A stretch of DNA of 32,000 nucleotides, from positions 4,290,001 to 4,322,000 of the forward strand of contig NC_010628.1 in NCBI RefSeq assembly GCF_000020025.1, read 5' to 3'. The notes beneath the pieces were generated by a model. It searched no databases and had not been told where the DNA came from. It saw only the letters and a program-made list of their open reading frames with translations. Origin of the DNA: Nostoc punctiforme PCC 73102. GTDB lineage: Bacteria > Cyanobacteriota > Cyanobacteriia > Cyanobacteriales > Nostocaceae. The position numbers and the translations under genes are program-made. The stretch's first letter is position 1. Each line of letters begins with the position of its first letter. Positions 17,085 through 24,186 of this stretch are shown here, one piece after another.

Positions 17085-18131
17085 TTAGACATCTTCAAAG
17101 TTGGCCATTTCGCCCATTGCAACTAAGAGTTGCCTTTCTCCCATATATGAATTCCTACTATGAGCAGTTAATAGATTATCTAGTAGTAATAAATCTCCCC
17201 TTTTCCAAGGAAAGCTAACTTCTAATTGCTGATAGACTCCACAAATTTCTTCCAGTACCGAATCTTCAATAAGAGAGCCATCTCCGTAATAGCAATTTCG
17301 TGGTAAATCCTCTTGTTTAAACATTGATAAAAGGGACTCACGAGTTTGTGAATCTAAACAAGCTGGATGCCAATGTTGCGCTTGATTAAACCAAGACATT
17401 TCCTTAGTTTGAGGATGTTTGACAACTGCTGGACGAACAGCAATTGTCCTCAGTCGATTGCCTGTTTTCCATTCAAAATCAATTGCCGCTTTTGTACATG
17501 CAGCTTCTACTTCTAAGCGATCGCTAGTCTGAAAAACTGTTTCCCAATTCAATCCTAATCTATCCCCGTAGTTTCGGATATACATAACTTTCTTATCAAT
17601 AAATCGCTCTCTAATTTTAGGATCGATTAGCTGAAAAACTATCCGACTATCAACTATTGGTGTTTCTCCTCCCTGCTGTGCAGGCTGAAGACAACCAAAC
17701 AATATTTTTCTTGGCCAAGAATAATTAAATGAATTTTCGTTATGCCACAAGAGCTTTTTATCAGCAGGGTAAGATACTGGAGTATAAACTTTACCACTAA
17801 CACTTTTCCGGGGATGTTCCCCATTCTCATTAAACAAGTCTGAGCAAAGAGCCAAGCAAACTCGCTCAAATGTTGTTGCGGTGTCTACATTGAATCCTCG
17901 GAATAATATCGCACCATATTTTAGTAATTTTGTTTCTATAAAATTTTGGCTGCTCTCAATCCAATCGGCTAAATCAAGATAGTCAATATTAGGTTTTAGG
18001 ACGATCGGAAGTGTTTCCCAATGGGTGAGAAAATCTATCTTGATAAATTCTGTTTCTGACAAGTTAATTGTCTTTCGTCGCACTGTCTCTAATTTTATAG
18101 AGCTAGATTTTTTATTTTCTAATTTTTTCAT
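17085..18131 (-). CDS. Free-standing TauD/TfdA-family Fe(II)/2OG dioxygenase, putative T-domain-dependent Asx beta-hydroxylase
   Basis: ORF track, 348 aa. Motifs: AILFRGF, WHNENS (H130/E132), QQGGETPIVD, TAHSRNSY (H324). Roughly half of positions are identical by eye to the TauD domain at 8367..9317. It sits directly upstream of the Asx NRPS. Confidence 0.9.
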   Translation of the reverse strand: MKKLENKKSSSIKLETVRRKTINLSETEFIKIDFLTHWETLPIVLKPNIDYLDLADWIESSQNFIETKLLKYGAILFRGFNVDTATTFERVCLALCSDLFNENGEHPRKSVSGKVYTPVSYPADKKLLWHNENSFNYSWPRKILFGCLQPAQQGGETPIVDSRIVFQLIDPKIRERFIDKKVMYIRNYGDRLGLNWETVFQTSDRLEVEAACTKAAIDFEWKTGNRLRTIAVRPAVVKHPQTKEMSWFNQAQHWHPACLDSQTRESLLSMFKQEDLPRNCYYGDGSLIEDSVLEEICGVYQQLEVSFPWKRGDLLLLDNLLTAHSRNSYMGERQLLVAMGEMANFEDV

Positions 18132-18154
18132 AAAAACTAATTTGTTAACTCTTT

Positions 18155-19741
18155 TTATAAATTTTCACTAATGACCTTCCTTTGAACATTTTTTAATTTT
18201 TGGTAAAACACCTCTTTTTGTTTTATTTTATGGAGCATCTGCTGTTGCTTATCTGTTTTCTTTAAAATTTCTTCTAGTTGATTGAGTTCAGCATCCGGTT
18301 GTGTAACAACACTCGCTAAAATTATTTCAAAATGCTTCAGCATCCGGGTAATACTACTAGCATCAAATAGGTCTGTGTCGTACTCCAATAATCCTTTCAA
18401 TCCTTGCTCTGTCTCTCTTAGTTCTAAGTACAAATCAAGTTTGGTTTCCCCTGTTTCTACCTCATCCAAAATATTTACCGTTAAACCCGAAATATCCAAA
18501 GGTGGTAATGGAGCATTCTGGAGAACAAGTTTGACTTGAAACAGTGGCATACGGCTTCGGGTTCGCTCCAGTTTCAGGGCGTTCAGAAGTTTCTCAAACG
18601 GTAAATCCTGATGGGAATAGGCTGACAAAGTACAATCGCGTACTCGTCCAAGCAACTCTCGAAAGGTAGGATTTCCTGAGAGGTTTGTCCGCAATACCAG
18701 TTGATTTACAAAGAACCCGATTAGCCCTTCAACCTCTGGTCGATTGCGGTTGGCGACATCAGTACCTACAACTATGTCGTCTTGGTCTGTGTACCAGTGC
18801 AACAAAGTCTTAAAGGCTGCTAACAGTAGCATAAACAGCGTTATCCCTTCTTGCTGGCTCAGGACTTTTAGCTCTTGGGATAAAGCCTTTGGTAACATTA
18901 GAGTTTGTCTAGCCCCTCGGAAGGCTTGAACTGTAGGTCGAGGGCGGTCGGTAGGCAACTGCAATGTCGGAAGATTATGCAACTGCTGTTTCCAGTAAGC
19001 GACTTGAGTCTCTAATACTTCTCCCGCCAGCCACTGCCTCTGCCAAATAGCAAAGTCTGCGTACTGAATCGGGAGTTCAGGCAGGGTAGAGGGCTTACCA
19101 ATACTGAAAGCCTCGTAAAGCGCTACCAATTCACGAACGAGTACGCCCCATGTCCAACCGTCGGTGATAATGTGGTGCATAGTGATTTGCAGCAAATACT
19201 CTGTCTCACTCAGATGCAGTAAGATGCTCCGCAGCAATGGGCCCTGTTCTAAGTCAAAAAGCTGTTGGACTTCCTGAGTAGTGCGTCGCTGAACCTCTTG
19301 CTCACGCTCAACTTCCGGTAACTTTCTGAGGTCTACTCTCGGCAGAGTTATAGTCAAGGCTGGGGCAATGATTTGAACCGATTCTCCCTCTGCGATCGCA
19401 AAGGTGGTGCGTAGAGCTTCGTGACGGCGTACTATTTCATTTAAGCTCTGCTCCAGCACTGCTAGGTCGAGTGAACCGGTTATGTGTATAGATGCAACTT
19501 GATTATAGGCAGCGCTGTTTGGCTCCAATTGGTAGAGAAACCACATCCGCTGTTGAGCAAAGGATAGAGGTGCCGATCCGCGCTGGGAACGTCGAGGAAT
19601 AAGTTGTAATTGAGTATTAGATTCAAATCCGCATAACCGCTTTTTCAGCAGCGTTTGCTTGACAACGGAAAGCTGAGAACGTCGCCGGGAAATTTCATCT
19701 TTTTTCTGCTCAAAGCTTATACTATCGTTGCGAAAAGTCAT
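18155..19741 (-). CDS. Free-standing NRPS condensation-domain protein with a ~50-aa N-terminal docking-like extension
   Basis: ORF track, 528 aa. Motifs: LSFAQQRMWFLYQLEP, MHHIITDGWTWGVL, ELPIQYADFAIWQRQWL, DVANRNR. No A or T motifs are present. Confidence 0.9.
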   Translation of the reverse strand: MTFRNDSISFEQKKDEISRRRSQLSVVKQTLLKKRLCGFESNTQLQLIPRRSQRGSAPLSFAQQRMWFLYQLEPNSAAYNQVASIHITGSLDLAVLEQSLNEIVRRHEALRTTFAIAEGESVQIIAPALTITLPRVDLRKLPEVEREQEVQRRTTQEVQQLFDLEQGPLLRSILLHLSETEYLLQITMHHIITDGWTWGVLVRELVALYEAFSIGKPSTLPELPIQYADFAIWQRQWLAGEVLETQVAYWKQQLHNLPTLQLPTDRPRPTVQAFRGARQTLMLPKALSQELKVLSQQEGITLFMLLLAAFKTLLHWYTDQDDIVVGTDVANRNRPEVEGLIGFFVNQLVLRTNLSGNPTFRELLGRVRDCTLSAYSHQDLPFEKLLNALKLERTRSRMPLFQVKLVLQNAPLPPLDISGLTVNILDEVETGETKLDLYLELRETEQGLKGLLEYDTDLFDASSITRMLKHFEIILASVVTQPDAELNQLEEILKKTDKQQQMLHKIKQKEVFYQKLKNVQRKVISENL

Positions 19742-19795
19742 TTGTTTAACTCAATATCCTATTGAGCAATATCTACCTAAAAATTTAAACTTTTT

Positions 19796-20866
19796 CTAAT
19801 TCAGAATCTGTAATTTTATATATTTTGGAAAAGGTTGAATCCGCGTTAAATCATTTTCAAAAATTACTAGTTCACCACGCTTTTCAATTTCTTTGAATCC
19901 TGCAAATTTATAAGCTATATACATCATCCGGTTACGATGACTGGAAACAAATTCAGCGCACAGCCGAACGTTATTGTTTTTAGCTAGATTCATAATATGG
20001 TTCAGCATAATTGTGCCGATACCTCTAGACATAACACGACAGGACATCAGCAGAAGTTTTATTGTCCAGATGCTTTCTTGGCACTCTATCAAAACTAACC
20101 CGATTTTACCGTAACTTCCATATTTATCATCTAAACTAGCAATAAACAGTTTGTGGCTTTCTGATTGACGAAAATGATTGAGTTCATCATAAGAATATGT
20201 ATAACCAGTTGTATTCAATTGGTTAGTACGTACTGTTAATTCTTCTGCTCGTTGCAAATCCTCTTCTTTTGCCGAAGAGATGGTAAAACTCATCTTGAGG
20301 GTGGCTAAAAACTCTTCTGGTGTGCCAACAAATTCTTTTTCAGTATTTTGACGCTTTATATCACTAATGTACATTAACCTTCTAATTTTGGAATCTTCTG
20401 TAATAAAACGTGGATTCATTTCTGGCATATCTAGTAGATGCGCCAGTTGAGAGACGTTAATACAGAAAACTTCCGGCAGAGAAAAGTTAACTTCTTCTAG
20501 TTCAAATGGCTGATCGTCAATGAAGGCGATCGCATCTGTTCCAATATTAATTAATTTAGCGATTTCTTGAATAGAAGCAGCTTTGGAATTCCAATTAATT
20601 TGAGGATATAGAAAATATTCTTGCAAACCAAACTCTTGAAGTTTGTTCATGGCAAGAACACAATCGTTTTTACTTGCAACAGATTGTAATATCCCGCGAC
20701 TATCCAAAGTTTTGATGATATTTACGATATCATCTCGCAAGTAAACATGGTTATCCTCTAATAACACACCATGCCATAACGTGTTATCTAAATCCCAAAC
20801 GACACACTTAATAATTTTGTTGTCTTCTTGCTTGTTATTTGAAGATTCAATTTGAGTGCTAATCAT
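19796..20866 (-). CDS. FkbH-like protein (HAD-IIIC phosphatase domain plus C-terminal acyltransferase-like part); glyceryl-ACP loader
   Basis: ORF track, 356 aa. HAD motif I is in KCVVWDLDNTLWHGVL. There is IAFIDDQPFE. The C-terminal part (MSCRVMSRGIGT..) is as in FkbH/ZmaN-type proteins. Confidence 0.85.
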   Translation of the reverse strand: MISTQIESSNNKQEDNKIIKCVVWDLDNTLWHGVLLEDNHVYLRDDIVNIIKTLDSRGILQSVASKNDCVLAMNKLQEFGLQEYFLYPQINWNSKAASIQEIAKLINIGTDAIAFIDDQPFELEEVNFSLPEVFCINVSQLAHLLDMPEMNPRFITEDSKIRRLMYISDIKRQNTEKEFVGTPEEFLATLKMSFTISSAKEEDLQRAEELTVRTNQLNTTGYTYSYDELNHFRQSESHKLFIASLDDKYGSYGKIGLVLIECQESIWTIKLLLMSCRVMSRGIGTIMLNHIMNLAKNNNVRLCAEFVSSHRNRMMYIAYKFAGFKEIEKRGELVIFENDLTRIQPFPKYIKLQILN

Positions 20867-20870
20867 GTGT

Positions 20871-22055
20871 TTACATCCTTGCTGCTAAATTTTGCAGCAT
20901 CACAGCGCCAGTGCGTGGTGATAGGTACTCCTGATAACCGTACTCAGCGATAGTAACTTGTTGAATTTGAGTGCTACCTTCAATGATTTCCATGATTTTT
21001 GCATCTCGCAAATATCTTTCAACTGGGTATTCGCTACTGCAACCATTGCCACCATGAATTTGTACGGCATCACTTGCTACTTGAGAAGCAATTGTAGATG
21101 TAAAATATTTAGCAATTGAAGTCTCGATAATGGAGCTAGGATCGCCAATTTCTTTGAGATAGCCAGCTTGATAACATAGCAATCTTGCTGCTTTGATATT
21201 GGCAATCATGTTAGTAATCATTTGGCGAATTAATTGATGTTCTTTTAAATAAACGCCAAACTGCTTGCGATCGCTTGTATAGCGAATGCAAGCTGATAAA
21301 CAAGCTTGTGCAATGCCTACAGATCCCCATGCTACACTGTATCTGCCATAATCCAGTGCAGAAGATGCCACATAAGAGAAACCAAAACCCAGCCTACCCA
21401 CAAGATTTTCCTGGGGAATACGACAGTCATTTAGGTGCAATTCTGCTAACATCGAAGCCCTGACACCTAGCATTCCAAAAATTGGTTTAATCGAGAGTCC
21501 AGGGCTATTCTTTTCAACTAAGAAAGCAGAGGGTTTTCCTTCACATTGAGCAAATACTAAAAAGACATCTGCAATTTGTCCATAGGTAATCCATTTCTTG
21601 TGTCCATTTAAGATGTAAGCATCCCCAGAAAGTGTTGCCGTAGTTTCCACACTTTTAGCATCACTACCCACATTAGGTTCGCTCAAAGCGAAAGCAGCAA
21701 TTATTTCACCAGAGGCTAATTTGGGAAGCCAATCGTTTTTTTGAGACTTATTGCCCCACTTGCAAAGAGCATGAGAAACCATGCAATGAACTGTCAACAA
21801 ACTCCGCAGCGAAGAACATCCGCGTCCAATTTCTTCGTTCAGCAAGCCATAGGTAATCATATCCATAGCTTCGCCACCAAATTCTTTAGGTAAAACAGCA
21901 CCCAAATATCGTTTTTGAGCGAATTTTTGAACTAGGTCTGAGGGGGTATACTCTTGTTGATCGTATTGATTTGCCTGAGATACAACCTCTGCATCTACAA
22001 ATTCTCTAAATTCAGCCTGAGCATTTTTTTGCTGAGGAGTTAATTCTAGTTTCAT
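20871..22055 (-). CDS. Acyl-CoA (acyl-ACP) dehydrogenase, FkbI/ZmaE-like
   Basis: ORF track 20871..22085 begins at a TTG. ATG 22055..22053 (MKLELTPQQKNAQAEFREF) matches the usual ACAD N-terminus. ACAD blocks: AFALSEPNVGSD, WITYG, QIHGGNG, IIEGSTQIQ. Confidence 0.9.
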   Translation of the reverse strand: MKLELTPQQKNAQAEFREFVDAEVVSQANQYDQQEYTPSDLVQKFAQKRYLGAVLPKEFGGEAMDMITYGLLNEEIGRGCSSLRSLLTVHCMVSHALCKWGNKSQKNDWLPKLASGEIIAAFALSEPNVGSDAKSVETTATLSGDAYILNGHKKWITYGQIADVFLVFAQCEGKPSAFLVEKNSPGLSIKPIFGMLGVRASMLAELHLNDCRIPQENLVGRLGFGFSYVASSALDYGRYSVAWGSVGIAQACLSACIRYTSDRKQFGVYLKEHQLIRQMITNMIANIKAARLLCYQAGYLKEIGDPSSIIETSIAKYFTSTIASQVASDAVQIHGGNGCSSEYPVERYLRDAKIMEIIEGSTQIQQVTIAEYGYQEYLSPRTGAVMLQNLAARM

Positions 22056-22093
22056 CACATCAATGAGGTAGATAAATACCGTCAATTTTTGGT

Positions 22094-22345
22094 TTAGTTG
22101 TAGGTAAGCAAAGCTGTTTTACGTTGTACTAAATTGGTCATAGCATTTATTGTCTTGAAGTTATCAAACTCTAGGTCTTCGTTTTCAATAGTAATTTGAA
22201 ATTCTTGTTCTAAAAATAATACTAGTTGCATAGCAAACATTGAATTAACAAAACCTAGAGTAAATATATCTTCATCTGGCTTCAAGTCATGACCACCAAA
22301 AAATCGGGAAAGGAAGGTTTTAATTCTTGTTGTGGTTTCTTTCAT
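22094..22345 (-). CDS. Discrete acyl carrier protein (FkbJ/ZmaD-like)
   Basis: ORF track, 83 aa. The candidate phosphopantetheine site is Ser35 in TLGFVNSMFAMQLVLFLEQEF. It lies between the dehydrogenase genes of the cassette. Confidence 0.8.
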   Translation of the reverse strand: MKETTTRIKTFLSRFFGGHDLKPDEDIFTLGFVNSMFAMQLVLFLEQEFQITIENEDLEFDNFKTINAMTNLVQRKTALLTYN

Positions 22346-22538
22346 AATTTAACGCTATTTGTGTAATTTTATATTTATCGCAGACCGATATGATTTATCC
22401 AAAATACTTGTTTTAACGAACCATAAATAACAAGAAGGCAATAAAAATAACTGATTTCACAAATGATTGAGGAATGCTATGGTCATCTTCTTATTTATTG
22501 GTATAGCAATCAGATAAAATGAAAAAGAATTTTACAAA

Positions 22539-23405
22539 TTAGTTGGGATTGCTATAGGCATAAAACCCTTTGCCGCTTTTGCGACCATGCAACCCCGCGT
22601 CTACCATTTTCTTAAGCAGTGGACATGGTCTGTATTTACTGTCATTGAAACTTTCATACAAAACTTCGATGGAAAATAAAATCGTATCTAGACCAATCAA
22701 ATCGGCTGTTTCCAACGGCCCCATTTTGTGACCAAAGCAGGTTTTAAAGATTTTATCCACTTCTTCTATCGAAGCAACTTGATCTTGCAGGATAAAAATA
22801 GCTTCGTTAATAGTCAACATCAATACGCGGTTAGAAACAAAACCCGGTGAGTCATTAACTATGATGCATTCTTTGCCCATCTGAGCCAACATTTTTTTTG
22901 CTGTCTCGATTGTTTCATCAGATGTGTGATGCCCGCGAATCATTTCAACCATCGGTTTCATTGGCACGGGGTTCATAAAATGCATACCAACGACTCTTGT
23001 TGCTCGCTTGGTAACAGAAGCAATGCGGGTAATTGAGATAGCTGATGTATTAGCTGCAAATGCTGTCTTCTCTGGACAAATGGCATCAAGCTGTGCGTAG
23101 ACCTCTTTTTTAAGATCCCACTTTTCTGTGACATTCTCAACCACAAATTCTGCATCTTCAAGGAATTTATAGTTAGTTGAAAACTTGATTTTATTTAGTA
23201 TGTCGTCAGGACTCTCTGCTTCACTGTTTTTCTGGAAAAAACCCTGAAAACGGACATTATTTCTAATTTCTTGTTTAGCATGGTTCAGAATATCTTCTGA
23301 AACATCTACTAAAATCACCTGATGACCTGTTTGAGCGAGGTTTTGCGAAACCCCGATTCCCATAACACCTGCTCCGACAACACCAACTGTCTGAATTTCT
23401 CTCAT
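22539..23405 (-). CDS. 3-hydroxyacyl-CoA (acyl-ACP) dehydrogenase, FkbK/ZmaG-like
   Basis: ORF track, 288 aa. The Rossmann motif is VGVVGAGVMGIGV. Other blocks: HFMNPVPMKPMVE, GFVSNR, GRKSGKGFY. Confidence 0.9.
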   Translation of the reverse strand: MREIQTVGVVGAGVMGIGVSQNLAQTGHQVILVDVSEDILNHAKQEIRNNVRFQGFFQKNSEAESPDDILNKIKFSTNYKFLEDAEFVVENVTEKWDLKKEVYAQLDAICPEKTAFAANTSAISITRIASVTKRATRVVGMHFMNPVPMKPMVEMIRGHHTSDETIETAKKMLAQMGKECIIVNDSPGFVSNRVLMLTINEAIFILQDQVASIEEVDKIFKTCFGHKMGPLETADLIGLDTILFSIEVLYESFNDSKYRPCPLLKKMVDAGLHGRKSGKGFYAYSNPN

Positions 23406-23512
23406 TGCTACCTATTTTTATAATTTGATTTTTCATTTTCGTTAGGCGTAAACATAGTACATCGCTGAATATTCATACAAGTTTTCTTTTTTTACTACGA
23501 CGTTAATTTACT

Positions 23513-24171
23513 TTAGCCGCCCTGTTTATCGCCTACTCCTATGACAATCTGCTTGATTTTTTGCCAATCTTCATTCTTGATGCCTTTGATGACATCGGGT
23601 TCGCTTTTATACGCATCAATTTTTAGTAATATGCGTTCGATATTCTGCTCGCCAAGGACATCAGAGAGGGCTCTCAGTTGGCAAGTAAAAGACTGACTTT
23701 TAAATCTTTCTTCTAGCAATTTATCAGAATATTGTATCAGGTTTTCTCTACTCTTGAGATTATTTTGCAATTAATTGAGGACAATTGCTTTTAAGACTGA
23801 CTTTTTTGCTTTTCATCTAGCATAGAATGACAACGTTCCAGAACTATTGGTATAAAACGTTAATGTTGCAACTTTTGACTGGTTAGGCAATCCGCGATTG
23901 AACAGTTTGGCATTCACCCCATAGAGTTTTGTATTCGCGCGTAAATTTCCAACATAGGCAAAGCAGGCTCAAATGCGTAAATTGTGGCATTTTTGCATTG
24001 CTGATTGACAAACAGCGTAAACAAACCAATGTGAGAGCCGACATCAAAAATACAGTTGCCATTGTTGAGAGTAATTCCGTACTTGAGATAGACTTGATTT
24101 TCAAAAATGTCCTTGTAGAAGTAATCATTTTCTGCTTTACCGATATGCACAATCTCTAGATCGTTCGGCAA
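23513..24171 (-). pseudogene. Decayed FkbM-family (Methyltransf_21-type) methyltransferase: one frameshift, two in-frame stops, degenerate C-terminus
   Basis: Piece 1 (24171..23914): FDVGSHIGLFTLFVNQQCKNATIYAFEP.., ending at TGA 23916..23914. Homology continues in the -1 frame from ~23923 (YGVNAKLFNRGLPNQSKVATLTFYTNSSGTLSFYAR) to TGA 23815..23813. After TAA 23773..23771 the same frame reads ..RILLKIDAYKSEPDVIKGI..IKQIVIGVGDKQGG, where the family consensus has LLKIDVEGAE. Confidence 0.7.
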
Positions 24172-24186
24172 TCTGTAGCTTTATCG

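Noticed and set aside
22056-22085. TTG-extended N-termini suggested by the ORF track: 22085 for the acyl-CoA dehydrogenase, 8363 for the methyltransferase, and 31896 for the glycosyltransferase.
   Set aside because: For the first two, internal ATG codons (22055 and 8348) give N-termini that match family expectations. The ATG at 8348 has a GAGGA Shine-Dalgarno sequence upstream. For the glycosyltransferase, the frame is open to the window edge, so the TTG at 31896 is an artefact of truncation.
22411-22422. A possible third copy of the intergenic repeat: TTTTAACGAACC, matching 29904-29915.
   Set aside because: Only a 12-nt exact match with no continuation. Dozens of such matches are expected by chance in a 32-kb AT-rich window.
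22346-22538. Putative internal promoter (TTGGAT ... TATAAA-like hexamers on the minus strand) upstream of the ACP gene.
   Set aside because: AT-rich DNA yields many such hexamer pairs, and the spacing is not convincing. It cannot be supported without transcript data.
19796-23405. Calling the cassette a methoxymalonyl-ACP pathway.
   Set aside because: No FkbG-type O-methyltransferase is present and the adjacent FkbM-like gene is a pseudogene. The two class I methyltransferases are of a different family and are located elsewhere. Only hydroxymalonyl- or glyceryl-ACP can be supported.
23883-24159. ORFs 23883..24152 (-) and 23929..24159 (+), which overlap the FkbM-like region.
   Set aside because: Only the frames of 23914..24171 and its -1 continuation carry FkbM-family motifs. 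These two ORFs are alternative-frame or antisense readings of the pseudogene.
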